DNA from: Bacillota bacterium
GTDB taxonomy: Bacteria; Bacillota; SHA-98; UBA4971
Assembly (NCBI GenBank): GCA_012841305.1
Contig: DUVA01000181.1
Coordinates: 1-58,850 of the forward strand
Length of the DNA stretch: 58,850 bases
Direction: 5' to 3'
Made by a program: the position numbers and the translations under genes
Notes under the pieces: model-generated
Databases searched by the model: none
What the model was told of the DNA's origin: nothing
Seen by the model: only the letters and a program-made list of their open reading frames with translations
Part shown: positions 38,473 to 48,113 of the stretch, one piece after another
Numbering within the stretch: the stretch's first letter is position 1
Layout of the letters: the number at the start of each line of letters is the position of its first letter

Positions 38473-39587
38473 CTCAAAGTCGAGTGCTTAGAGATATTAA
38501 GAAGCACTCCTATGGCGGCAAGTGTCGTTACCAGGGAAGACCCGCCTGAACTGATAAGGGGTAACGTTATACCTGTTATGGGCAGCGCTCCGGAAACGAC
38601 TCCAACGTTGACTATTGCTTGAAACACTATCATGGTAGTTATCCCTACTGCAAACAGCTTCCCAAAGACGTCTTGCGTAGCGATGGCGATACGCAGGCCC
38701 CGCCATGCAAACAGGAAATACAATACGAGCACTGAGGCAGCCCCTACAAAACCAAGTTCCTCTCCGATAATAGCAAAGATGAAGTCTGTGTGCTGCATGG
38801 GGAGATAAAGAAATTTCTGCCTGCTCCTTCCCAGTCCCACACCGAACAGTCCACCGGAACCCAACGCAAGAAGCGACTGGATAATGTGAAAACCGGAGCC
38901 TAGTGGATCTTCCCACGGGTGAAGAAACGCTAAAAAGCGTCTGGCTCGATAGGGAGCTGCAATAGCCATGGCTGCGAGCCCAGGAAGTCCTAAGGCAGCC
39001 AAAGACGCAAGATGAAAGATGCTTGCCCCTGCAGCAAACATCATAACAAGAGACACCGCCAGGATAGTCCCGGCAGTGCCGAAGTCCGGCTCGAGCACTA
39101 TCAAGCCGAATACTATCCCTACGATAATCAAAGGCGCCAGCAATCCCCTGGAGAATTGATGTATTCTTCCGATTCGGTTTGACAGGAGATTTGCCATGAA
39201 GAGGACCATGGCGAGTTTTGCTACTTCTGAAGGCTGGAATGGAATAGGGCCTATATCAATCCATCTCCTTGAACCCCGGATTGCCATACCAAGCCCGGGA
39301 AGAAGGACAGCAACGAGTAAGAGGAGGGCTACGATGAGCGCAGGCCAGGCTAGTTTCTTCCAGCCATTATAGTCAATCTGCATTGTGATGGTCATTGCCA
39401 CAATACCCAGTCCTGCCCATGCCAACTGACGTTTGAGGAAGTAGTAGGCGTCGCCATAGGTTGCCCGTGCAGTTACAGAGCTGGCACTGAAGACCATGAC
39501 CACTCCTATACTCAATAGGGCAAGCGTAAGCAAGAAGATCACTATGTCAGGCGAATAATTTGCACTGGATTTTCGCTCACGGTTCAT
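38469..39587 (-). CDS. ftsW: SEDS-family lipid II polymerase FtsW/SpoVE
   Basis: Ten-TM SEDS pattern (QPSEVAKL, HTDFIFAIIGEELGF, PLISSGGSS). Confidence 0.9.
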   Translation of the reverse strand: MNRERKSSANYSPDIVIFLLTLALLSIGVVMVFSASSVTARATYGDAYYFLKRQLAWAGLGIVAMTITMQIDYNGWKKLAWPALIVALLLLVAVLLPGLGMAIRGSRRWIDIGPIPFQPSEVAKLAMVLFMANLLSNRIGRIHQFSRGLLAPLIIVGIVFGLIVLEPDFGTAGTILAVSLVMMFAAGASIFHLASLAALGLPGLAAMAIAAPYRARRFLAFLHPWEDPLGSGFHIIQSLLALGSGGLFGVGLGRSRQKFLYLPMQHTDFIFAIIGEELGFVGAASVLVLYFLFAWRGLRIAIATQDVFGKLFAVGITTMIVFQAIVNVGVVSGALPITGITLPLISSGGSSLVTTLAAIGVLLNISKHSTLR

Positions 39588-39658
39588 AACATCTACCCTC
39601 CCTCGCTGCTTTCGCCTGGTGTTGTCGCTGTCGTGTCTGCTCGGTACGATTGCATTAT

Positions 39659-40624
39659 CTAATATTTAAGAAAAGCCAAGAACCCAAGCATTGAGAAGAT
39701 CATCCCCAGGATCCAGAATCGAGTTACCACTTTAGGCTCTTTCCATCCTGACAACTCAAAATGATGGTGAATAGGACTCATTCTAAAAACCCTCTTGCCA
39801 CCGCTGAGTCTGAAGTAGGTAACCTGGATTACCACAGATAATGCCTCAAGGACAAAAACCCCTCCTATGACAACCAGAAGGAATTCTGTCTTTGTAAGAA
39901 TTGCTAAGCTGCCAAGGGCTGCTCCAAGAGCCAAAGAACCGGTATCTCCCATGATTACCTCTGCAGGATGGCAGTTAAACCATGCGAAGCCTATACAAGC
40001 ACCTGCAAGAGCGGAAGCGAAAACACCAAGGTCCCGCCTGCCTAATATTGCTGCAACTACACTGTACGTAACGCAGGCCAGCGCTGATGTGCCTGCTGCC
40101 AGTCCGTCCAGGCCGTCAGTAAGGTTTACCGCATTAGATATGGATATCATGACAAAAATCACAAACAATGAATAACCGACTATCCCAAGATCCGGTCGAA
40201 AAGAAGTGAAGGGAATGGCAACAATAGATCCGAGTTCAGGTGAGGTTGCTACATATAGTCCTAGAAGCCCTGACAACAAGGCCTGGAAGGCAAGCTTGTA
40301 CCGTGCCCGTAACCCTAGGGGCCTCTGAAGCGCAACTATGATGAAATCATCTGCCAGGCCTATTGCTCCGAATCCCAGAGTGAGAAAGAGCGCCCATGCC
40401 ACGTCGAGTGTCCTGGGCGCCAAGAGGAGCGTGGACAATGAGACGCCGAGGAGAATCATGATTCCACCCATCGTTGGCGTGCCTGCCTTCCTAAGATGGG
40501 TCGAAGGGCCGTCCTGACGTATGGACTGTCCGACCTTCAGGGCCTTGAAAAGCCTGATAGCTGTAGGGCCGATTACGAGTACTATTGCGAAAGCGAGTAG
40601 CGCTGAGTACGCTTCATTTGACAT
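39659..40624 (-). CDS. mraY: Phospho-N-acetylmuramoyl-pentapeptide transferase
   Basis: GTPTMGG, NAVNLTDGLDGLA, MGDTGSLALG, HHHFE. Confidence 0.95.
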   Translation of the reverse strand: MSNEAYSALLAFAIVLVIGPTAIRLFKALKVGQSIRQDGPSTHLRKAGTPTMGGIMILLGVSLSTLLLAPRTLDVAWALFLTLGFGAIGLADDFIIVALQRPLGLRARYKLAFQALLSGLLGLYVATSPELGSIVAIPFTSFRPDLGIVGYSLFVIFVMISISNAVNLTDGLDGLAAGTSALACVTYSVVAAILGRRDLGVFASALAGACIGFAWFNCHPAEVIMGDTGSLALGAALGSLAILTKTEFLLVVIGGVFVLEALSVVIQVTYFRLSGGKRVFRMSPIHHHFELSGWKEPKVVTRFWILGMIFSMLGFLAFLKY

Positions 40625-42029
40625 GCTGTCTGCCTCCAGTGCTTTCCAAGAGCGCCTTGGAAATCTCCTCCATCTCCATTGATCTGGAGCCTTTGACCAG
40701 GATTACATCACCTGGACGCACAAGCTTCCTTAGCGTATCAATAGCCAGGTCCTTCTTGCGAAACATGAAGACCGTATCTTCACTCTTACCCAGCCGAATA
40801 GCCTCTTGCCCTGCAAGACCGGCTAAATCACCTACGGTAATGAGAACGTCAACGGAGCGCTCCATTACTTGTTTGCCCAGGTTTAGATGGGCTGTATCAG
40901 CAATATCGCCGAGTTCCAGCATGTTTCCTAGGACGGCAATTGTCCTTCCCTCTGTACCTCCTATATCCTTAAGCACATTCAGGGCTGCATTCATGGATGA
41001 AGGGCTTGCGTTGTAAGTGTCATCAATCACAGTGAATCCTGAAGCAGTTTCTATAATGTCCATGCGCTGGACAGTCAATTCGGCCTTGGCAAGCCCTTCG
41101 ATAACAGAACGTGTATCAAGGCCTGACACAAGGGCACAAGCTGCTGCTGCCAGAGCATTGTAAACATTGTGCGTGCCTGGGACAAGGACTTGAGCTTCAA
41201 AAGACCGGCTTCCGTACTCTATGGTTAATTGAGTCCCGTCTTTCCCAAGGCTGCGAAGGTTATGCCCCCTGATTTCGTTTCCGTCTTCCAGTCCGAAGAG
41301 AACGGAACGGCCTTGGACCCTGTCTTTCATTTTGGCAGTATAGGGACAGTCACCGTTTAGCACTGCAACACCGGTATCTCCCAGGACTTCAATAAGTTCA
41401 GACTTGGCTCTTGCGATGTTTTCACGGGAACCCAATAGTTCTATGTGGCTTTCTCCGACATTTGTGATGACCCCTACATTGGGCCGGATAATCTCGGAGA
41501 GTTCGCGGATTTCTCCCGGGGCTCTCATAGCAAGTTCAACGACACATGCTTCGTGATGCTCATCAAGTCCAAGCAAAGTCAGGGCAACCCCGATTTCATT
41601 GTTGAGGTTCCGATAAGTCTTGGCAGTCTCCATTCGTTGGGAAAAAATAGCGTGAATCATGTCCTTTGTCGAGGTCTTACCTGTACTCCCTGTTACTGCA
41701 ATAACAAAAGTCCCTAAACGCTGCCTATTGTAATGCGCCAGCCTCTGTAAGGCCCAAAGGGTGTCCTCTGTGTGAATTACCCATACTCCGCAAGGGAGAT
41801 CCCCGGTTTCGATTGTGCGGGACACTACTATACCACGCGCTCCTTTTGTGGCTGCCTCAAGAGCAAAATCATGTCCGTCAAAGTTCGGGCCTGTCAAGGC
41901 GAAGAACAGCTCCCCGCCTTTGATATTCCGCGAATCAGTGGCAATTCCCAGGAATGCTTCGTGTTTTCCGGGGATTTCGGCATGCGCCGAAATTGTGCTA
42001 AGAACTTCATCCAATGTGAATTTAGGCAT
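40614..42029 (-). CDS. murF: UDP-MurNAc-tripeptide--D-alanyl-D-alanine ligase
   Basis: VTGSTGKTSTKDM, DDTYNASP, MLELG. Confidence 0.9.
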   Translation of the reverse strand: MPKFTLDEVLSTISAHAEIPGKHEAFLGIATDSRNIKGGELFFALTGPNFDGHDFALEAATKGARGIVVSRTIETGDLPCGVWVIHTEDTLWALQRLAHYNRQRLGTFVIAVTGSTGKTSTKDMIHAIFSQRMETAKTYRNLNNEIGVALTLLGLDEHHEACVVELAMRAPGEIRELSEIIRPNVGVITNVGESHIELLGSRENIARAKSELIEVLGDTGVAVLNGDCPYTAKMKDRVQGRSVLFGLEDGNEIRGHNLRSLGKDGTQLTIEYGSRSFEAQVLVPGTHNVYNALAAAACALVSGLDTRSVIEGLAKAELTVQRMDIIETASGFTVIDDTYNASPSSMNAALNVLKDIGGTEGRTIAVLGNMLELGDIADTAHLNLGKQVMERSVDVLITVGDLAGLAGQEAIRLGKSEDTVFMFRKKDLAIDTLRKLVRPGDVILVKGSRSMEMEEISKALLESTGGRQHVK

Positions 42030-43539
42030 TCTTCATGCGCTCCTTCAGCAGGCTGGCTGCAACTTCTCTGTCGTCAAAATGGATGGTGGCGTCGTGAAAT
42101 ATCTGGTATGTTTCATGTCCTTTGCCTGCGATGACCAAAACATCACCTTCTTCAGCCGACAAGATTGCCCTTTCTATGGCAGATGCCCTATCAACGATGA
42201 TCTCATATCCTAAACGCGGTTGTCCCTCATTAAGCACGCCTTCTTCGATTTCTTTAGAGATATCACCGGCATCTTCAGTCCTGGGATTATCAGAAGTGAT
42301 AATCACGCGATCCGCTAAGGCTGCAGCGATCTTTCCCATCACCGGCCTCTTGGATCTGTCCCGGTCGCCTCCGCAGCCAAACACAACAGTTAGAGTGCCG
42401 GGTCCTAAGTGTCGTGCCTCTCTTAAGATGTTTTCAAGGCTGTCAGGGGTATGAGCGTAGTCAACCAAAACAGCAAAAGGTTGGCCTTCATCTACCGATT
42501 CGAACCTGCCAGGTACCCCTTTAAGGGATTGAAGGCCTGAGCTTATTGTATCAGGATCAAGTCCTCGCGCAAGCCCGCACGCTATCGCTGCGAGGGCATT
42601 GTAGACATTGAAGATTCCCTTGAGATTAAGGGATACGGGGAAATTACCTTGCGGCGTGTGGGCTGTAAAAGACGTATCCTTCCCGTACAACCTGAGCTCT
42701 TTGGCGGTTATCTGTGCTGAACCGTTAGAAATTCCGTAAGTTATGATTCCCGTAGGGACCTTCGACAGGATGAAATCAGAGTTGGGGTCGTCTACATTTA
42801 TGATGGATATCTTGGTTTTGTTGCTCTTTCCATGACTTACGGACTCAGCTGCAAGATTCTCAAAGAAAGATGCCTTTGTGGCAAGATAGTTGCTGAATGA
42901 ACCATGAAAATCCAGGTGATCATGGCCAATGTTAGTGAAGACTCCAAGATCGAAGTCGATTCCCCGTATTCTTTGAAGAGCAATGGCATGGGATGAAACC
43001 TCCATTGCTACCGCCTTTTCTTCAGATGCTCGCATTGTCGCAAGGAATTCTTGAATGTCTGAGGACTCAGGTGTAGTGTGTTTGGCCGGGATTGTCAGAT
43101 TCCGTGAAACGCAGCCGAGAGTCCCTATGATTCCACAGGACATTCCTGCCTTGTCCAGCACGCTCTTGATCAGGTAGGTTGTAGTGGTTTTGCCTTTGGT
43201 CCCTGTTACTCCTATACAGAACACTGATGCTGAAGGGTTATGGTAGAAAGCAGCTGCGATATCCCCTAGAGCCTTCCGGGAATCGGTGACTTTCACAACG
43301 CCCAGAGTACCGGGAACCTTGGTTTCTTTATCTATGACAACAGCTACCGCACCTTTCGCGGCTGCTTCAGGGATGTACGCATGGCCATCATGGTGCTCAC
43401 CGCGTATACATACAAACAGATATCCAGGGCGGATCCTGCGAGAATCGTAAGTGATTCCCAGAATCTCTACGTCAGCATTGCCGGTGCAACTATATGGAGT
43501 CACTCTGGAATGTGCCATAAGTTCGTTAAGTTTCATCAC
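42022..43539 (-). CDS. murE: UDP-MurNAc-L-Ala-D-Glu--2,6-diaminopimelate ligase
   Basis: GVTGTKGKTTTTYL, DYAHTPDSL and a DNPR motif (SDNPRTED) indicating meso-DAP specificity. Confidence 0.9.
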   Translation of the reverse strand: MMKLNELMAHSRVTPYSCTGNADVEILGITYDSRRIRPGYLFVCIRGEHHDGHAYIPEAAAKGAVAVVIDKETKVPGTLGVVKVTDSRKALGDIAAAFYHNPSASVFCIGVTGTKGKTTTTYLIKSVLDKAGMSCGIIGTLGCVSRNLTIPAKHTTPESSDIQEFLATMRASEEKAVAMEVSSHAIALQRIRGIDFDLGVFTNIGHDHLDFHGSFSNYLATKASFFENLAAESVSHGKSNKTKISIINVDDPNSDFILSKVPTGIITYGISNGSAQITAKELRLYGKDTSFTAHTPQGNFPVSLNLKGIFNVYNALAAIACGLARGLDPDTISSGLQSLKGVPGRFESVDEGQPFAVLVDYAHTPDSLENILREARHLGPGTLTVVFGCGGDRDRSKRPVMGKIAAALADRVIITSDNPRTEDAGDISKEIEEGVLNEGQPRLGYEIIVDRASAIERAILSAEEGDVLVIAGKGHETYQIFHDATIHFDDREVAASLLKERMKNA

Positions 43540-43586
43540 TCACGTGCCCCACCTATCCTGTGATTGTTATCGCCATTTGTGTCACA

Positions 43587-43692
43587 CTAAGTATGAGTTC
43601 ATTAGCTTTCGCTCGTTTTCCAAGGTCTTGGGTGGCCCTCAACGGTACGTACGCTTTCTGAAATCGGCGATTACTTATGGTGATCTGCTTAG
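43587..43692 (+). repeat. Copy C: minimal 106-bp unit of the palindromic repeat family
   Basis: CTAAGTATGAGTTCATTAGCTTTCGCTCGTTTTCCAAGGTCTTGGGTGGCCCTCAACGGTACGTACGCTTTCTGAAATCGGCGATTACTTATGGTGATCTGCTTAG, lying between pbp and murE. Confidence 0.85.
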
Positions 43693-43794
43693 AATAGCGC
43701 GGTTACTACCATTATTTCGCCAATGATTGTCCAGTATGACAAATACCGGGAAATTTATCTGTCTTGATTCTCCGGTGCAGCCCATGCCCACATA

Positions 43795-45909
43795 CTATTG
43801 ATTGACAGGGAGTGGCTCAAACCTTACTTGGACGACTGTACCGCGCTTAACAGACGTTCCATGCTGCGGTTTCGAGCTCTTGGCTACCCCGGTGCCTTCC
43901 GCTTCCATACGAAGGCCCAAGTCTGACAGGATAACTGCGACATCTTTCATAGTCCTGCCTATGACATTGGGGACTACCACTTCACCCTCTACATTATAGG
44001 ATTCGGGTTTATCCAAGTAAAGAATGACAGTGGTGCCTCTTTGGACTTTAGCCGATGCGGCCGGTATCTGGTGAACAACTTCCACGCCTGTGCCTTTCGT
44101 TGAGACGTCAAGGCCGAATTCTGCTACAAGAAGTCTTGCTGCTTCATCAGGATTACAGCCAATGAGGTTCGGCACAATCACTTGTCGGCTTTCCGGGTCG
44201 CGTTCTTCCGTCTCCGGGGGCATGCTTGGCGAGATCTCCATATACCTTAGGACATCCTTCAATATGCCTTGAAATGCAGGAGCTGCAAGGACTCCGCCAT
44301 AGCTTATGCCGACATCCGGTTCATCCCAGATTACCAGGATCGCTATTTTCGGATCTTCAACAGGTGCGAATCCTAAGAAAGACGCAACTCGTTTGTCAGA
44401 GTATCTACCTGCTTCAGGCTTTTCTGCAGTTCCTGTCTTGCCTGCCACGCGATAGCCGGGAACCTTGGCCCTGAACCCGGATCCGTTGACTACTACTGAT
44501 TCCAGTATCAGAGAAAGCTCTTTTGATGTCTCTGCACTGATAACCTGTCTTATGGGATCTTTCTGAAATTCCTTTATAATGAACCCGTCAGGGTCCACAA
44601 TTTTCGAAACAAGGTGAGGGCGCACGAGTGTACCGCCGTTTGCGATTGCCGAAAGCGCAGACAACAACTGAATGGGGGTTACGGAAATTCCTTGGCCGAA
44701 GGAAATATTGGCGAGTTCCACAGGCCCGACATTCTTCGGGCGTTGGAGAAGGCCTGTAGCCTCACCCGGATAGTCAATTCCCAACGAGCTTCCAAGCCCA
44801 AATGCTTGAATATACTTATAAAAGCGCTCCTGCCCCAGCTTGGTGCCTAGTGTGGCGAACACGACGTTACACGAGTTTTCAGTGGCTTCAGTAAACGTTT
44901 GACTCCCGTGGCCTCCTGCAAGCCAACATCTTACGTACCTGTCACCAACCTTTATGAATCCTGGGTCGAAGAAGGTGTCATCAGGCCTGACAACACGTTC
45001 TTCAAGGGCGGCAGCGGCAGTGATTATCTTGAAAGTGGAACCCGGTTCATACGTGTCTGACACAATAGGGTTTCTGCGAAAGGAGTCAGGTTGTTCAAAA
45101 TAGCGGTTAGGATTGTACGCAGGCCGTGAAGCCATAGCCAGCACTGCCCCGGTCATCGGATCCATGGCCAGAATCATTCCCCGCTTTGCTTTGACCTCTG
45201 CCATCCCCTTATCAAGCTCGCGCTCGACGATATACTGAATTACTTCATCTATGGTGAGATACAGGTCATTGCCATCTACCGGTGGTATGAACTGTGTAAT
45301 TCCACCGGGGATTTCTTTCCCTGTGGCATCTCGTTCCGACCTCACCTGCCCTCTTGTTCCTTGGAGGAAGGAGTCATACTGGACTTCGATACCTTCGAGT
45401 CCCTGATTGTCTATTCCCACTATGCCCAGGACATGGGCTGCCAGACTGTCTTTTGGATAAAACCTTTGGCCCCGTTCTGCAAATCCGATTCCTTTGAGGT
45501 TGAGTTTTCTGAGAGTCGCCGCTTTCTCCGGATCCACTCTGCGGTCTATCCAAACTGTAGCCACAGGTTCCGAGAGCTTCTTCCTCACAGTCTCCACATC
45601 AAGCCCAAGTATTTTTGAGACCTGTTTTGCAGTGTCCAACGGGTCATCAATGTCGGCTGGGACTGCATACACTGCATCAGCGCTGACACTCACCGCAAGT
45701 TCTCTGCCTTTGACGTCTCGGATAGTCCCCCTGCGAGCGTCTACAGGCACGGGATAGAGCCGTTGATCCAGAGCCAGCTTCCGGTAATGCTCATTTTGGG
45801 CAACTTGTACCCAGAAAAGTCTCCCGATGAGGAAAAGGGTGACTGCTGCCCACATAAGAAAAAGCGAGCCTACCCTCTTTTTCATGGTAATGCTCGAGTG
45901 ATTAGACAC
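43795..45909 (-). CDS. Class B penicillin-binding protein (FtsI/SpoVD type) with two C-terminal PASTA domains
   Basis: N-terminal anchor, dimerisation domain, transpeptidase motifs STFK, SCN and KTGT, then two PASTA repeats (VPNLIG..., VPNVIG...). Confidence 0.9.
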   Translation of the reverse strand: MSNHSSITMKKRVGSLFLMWAAVTLFLIGRLFWVQVAQNEHYRKLALDQRLYPVPVDARRGTIRDVKGRELAVSVSADAVYAVPADIDDPLDTAKQVSKILGLDVETVRKKLSEPVATVWIDRRVDPEKAATLRKLNLKGIGFAERGQRFYPKDSLAAHVLGIVGIDNQGLEGIEVQYDSFLQGTRGQVRSERDATGKEIPGGITQFIPPVDGNDLYLTIDEVIQYIVERELDKGMAEVKAKRGMILAMDPMTGAVLAMASRPAYNPNRYFEQPDSFRRNPIVSDTYEPGSTFKIITAAAALEERVVRPDDTFFDPGFIKVGDRYVRCWLAGGHGSQTFTEATENSCNVVFATLGTKLGQERFYKYIQAFGLGSSLGIDYPGEATGLLQRPKNVGPVELANISFGQGISVTPIQLLSALSAIANGGTLVRPHLVSKIVDPDGFIIKEFQKDPIRQVISAETSKELSLILESVVVNGSGFRAKVPGYRVAGKTGTAEKPEAGRYSDKRVASFLGFAPVEDPKIAILVIWDEPDVGISYGGVLAAPAFQGILKDVLRYMEISPSMPPETEERDPESRQVIVPNLIGCNPDEAARLLVAEFGLDVSTKGTGVEVVHQIPAASAKVQRGTTVILYLDKPESYNVEGEVVVPNVIGRTMKDVAVILSDLGLRMEAEGTGVAKSSKPQHGTSVKRGTVVQVRFEPLPVNQ

Positions 45910-45932
45910 AGACTGTTCCCTGCCTTATGAGT

Positions 45933-46475
45933 CTATTTAGGTCTGACTCTCGGATGATCACAACTGGGAATATCGTAGAACCATCTTGCTACAAAGGGTG
46001 AAACAAGGCCTATGAGGATGTCTTCAGTTCGAGCTGAGACCTCAGCTACCAGCCCTGAAAGCTTCTCTGATGTTTTCCTCGGAGAAGCGTCAGCCACATC
46101 CAGGCGATTGGTTACAGATGCTACCATAATGAATTCGGTTTTCAGAGGTTTTGTCATACCCAGAGATATCATAGCTTCTCTTTCAATCCTGGCAAGCGAA
46201 CTCAGCTGTGCCATGGATAGACTAAGGCGATCGTATTCTGTCTGAGTAGCCGCAAGCGTTCGCTCAAGCACATGTAATCGATAACCGGTATCGATTACGT
46301 GAGCTCTCAGTGCCAGGCTGCCAATGAGGAGTCCGGTGATAAGCAGAGCCCCAAACATTCGTTTTCCGAGGCCGGCGCGTTTCCTTGATTTTCCGGCGGC
46401 CTCTCTTGGTTTTGCCGGAGCCTGTTTAATTCTTCCTTTTGATCTAGGTAACGACCTCGCTGCCGCTGGTACCAT
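45933..46475 (-). CDS. ftsL: Cell division protein FtsL
   Basis: Basic N-terminus, single TM segment, coiled coil, and IEREAMISLGM motif. GGGGAGGG RBS lies 8 nt before the ATG at 46475. The longer ORF overlapping rsmH was rejected. Confidence 0.75.
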   Translation of the reverse strand: MVPAAARSLPRSKGRIKQAPAKPREAAGKSRKRAGLGKRMFGALLITGLLIGSLALRAHVIDTGYRLHVLERTLAATQTEYDRLSLSMAQLSSLARIEREAMISLGMTKPLKTEFIMVASVTNRLDVADASPRKTSEKLSGLVAEVSARTEDILIGLVSPFVARWFYDIPSCDHPRVRPK

Positions 46476-46497
46476 CTGTATTCCCTCCCCGATTCCC

Positions 46498-47421
46498 TTA
46501 GAACTTCTCTGCTGCTCTAAGCTTTGCACTCCGGGACCTGGGATTTGAGATAACCTCTTCCTCACAGGGAACAATAGGCTTCTTAGTCAGAATTCGAAGA
46601 CAGCCTTGGTTCCTCGACCCGGACATCTCAAGAAACATCGTTTTCACAATTCTATCTTCCAGGGAGTGATAAGAGATAACTACCAATCTTCCCCCTGGGC
46701 AAAGGATTCTTATGGCCTGATCTAAACCTTCGTGCAATTCATCCAATTCATGGTTTACTGCAATCCTGAGAGCTTGAAACGTGCGACGTGCAGGATGAGG
46801 GCCCGACCTCCTGGCTCTTGCCGGGATGGCTGCTTTGACGATATCCACAAGCTCACCTGTGGTAACTATCGGTGCCTTCTCCCGTCGCCTCACTATGAAT
46901 TCAGCTATGCGCGCCGCCCAGCGTTCTTCGCCATAGAGCTTGAGTATTTCGGCAAGTTCTTCAGCCGGCAGGTTGTTTACGAGGTCTCGGGCAGACTCCC
47001 CTGTTCCCTGCCTCATTCGCATATCAAGTGGACCGTCTTCCATGTACGAGAAGCCTCTTTCAGGTTCGTCCAATTGATAACTGGAGACTCCGAGATCGAA
47101 TAGGATTCCGTCAACCTGCAAAACGTTAAGGCGCATCACGATATCCTGTAAGTCGCTGAAGTTTCCATGAACGAAAGTTACGGTATCGCTGAAGTGTTTC
47201 AGTTCTTGCTTTGCAGCTGAGATTGCGTCTCGGTCCCTGTCTATCCCTATGATTTGAGCCCCTGCACCGGCGAATTCCAGAAGACCGAGGGTGTGCCCTC
47301 CGCTTCCCAGCGTGCAGTCGATGTAGACCCCGCCTGGCTTAGGATTCATTAACCAGACTACTTCGTCTGGCATGACCGGGGTATGGTATTCTCTCTTGAT
47401 GTTTTCTGTCATTTGGTTCAT
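46498..47421 (-). CDS. rsmH: 16S rRNA (cytosine1402-N4)-methyltransferase
   Basis: HTPVM, DCTLGSGGH, FDLGVSS, SYHSLEDR. Confidence 0.95.
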   Translation of the reverse strand: MNQMTENIKREYHTPVMPDEVVWLMNPKPGGVYIDCTLGSGGHTLGLLEFAGAGAQIIGIDRDRDAISAAKQELKHFSDTVTFVHGNFSDLQDIVMRLNVLQVDGILFDLGVSSYQLDEPERGFSYMEDGPLDMRMRQGTGESARDLVNNLPAEELAEILKLYGEERWAARIAEFIVRRREKAPIVTTGELVDIVKAAIPARARRSGPHPARRTFQALRIAVNHELDELHEGLDQAIRILCPGGRLVVISYHSLEDRIVKTMFLEMSGSRNQGCLRILTKKPIVPCEEEVISNPRSRSAKLRAAEKF

Positions 47422-47876
47422 CAGCCTGTTCTTGTGACTTCTCGGTCTATACCACCGTGAGCCAGTTTCTCGGCTATCTCCTCATAGGATTCCTCTGCCA
47501 GGCCTCTGTAACCCGTCCAAACCTCCAGGCTCCATATCTCTATTCTGTTCATGACACCGATGACTATCGCATCTTTGGAGAGGCCTGCATATTCTCTGAG
47601 ATAAGCGGGAATGTTGATTCGCCCTTGCCTGTCCAGTTCGCATTCGCATGCCCCTGAGAAGAACAGTCTGCTATACGCTCGCGCGTCTCGCATTGTAAGG
47701 GGGAGTTTTGAGAACTCAGCAAGTTGTCTCTCCCATTCATCCCTCGGAAAGATGAACAGGCACTTGTCCAGCCCTCTGGTAGCAAAAAAGTGGTCGCCTA
47801 GGTCGTCCCTGAATTTGGCGGGGATAGCCAGTCTACCTTTATCATCAATATTATGTTCATAGGTCCCGATGAACAT
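47421..47876 (-). CDS. mraZ: Transcriptional regulator MraZ
   Basis: MFIGTYEHNIDDKGRLAIPAKFR and a second DxxGR repeat (DRQGRINIP). Confidence 0.9.
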   Translation of the reverse strand: MFIGTYEHNIDDKGRLAIPAKFRDDLGDHFFATRGLDKCLFIFPRDEWERQLAEFSKLPLTMRDARAYSRLFFSGACECELDRQGRINIPAYLREYAGLSKDAIVIGVMNRIEIWSLEVWTGYRGLAEESYEEIAEKLAHGGIDREVTRTG

Positions 47877-47891
47877 TGGTGCCTGCAAATT

Positions 47892-47917
47892 CACCACTTC
47901 TCCCCACTTTGCCCCAC
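47892..47917 (-). promoter_or_regulatory. Candidate MraZ operator: three direct GTGGG/GTGGT repeats with 10-bp periodicity
   Basis: Minus strand reads aatGTGGGGcaaaGTGGGGagaaGTGGTGaat, located 16-41 nt upstream of the mraZ ATG. Confidence 0.55.
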
Positions 47918-48049
47918 ATTGGTAACAATTCTCTTCTATACTTATCCGTAAACTCCTTCTTGTACATGGAAACTTTTTCGAAGTAATTGAGAGTTGAGGT
48001 ATAGGAGGGGATTACTGCTATTGATGCGGAAAAAGATCGGGCTGTATAG

Positions 48050-48088
48050 ATCCAAAAAGGGACGGGCCAGAAGCAAGACTCGTCCCTT
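48050..48088 (-). terminator. Rho-independent terminator ending the three-gene envelope operon
   Basis: Minus strand reads GGGACG-16 nt loop-CGTCCC followed by TTTTTGG, 26 nt after the stop at 48114. Confidence 0.7.
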
Positions 48089-48113
48089 GTGGAATAGATT
48101 CTCTTTAGTGCAA

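Noticed and set aside
46476-46574. Extended FtsL ORF (213 aa) overlapping rsmH
   Set aside because: The strong RBS plus ATG at 46475 gives a typical FtsL, and the upstream part overlaps the rsmH coding region out of frame.
29393-47897. Numerous antisense or alternative-frame ORFs of 60-190 aa inside dcw genes, and similarly inside kamD, nrdD and other long genes
   Set aside because: They lie wholly within well-supported genes on the opposite strand or in another frame, have low-complexity composition, and lack start signals.
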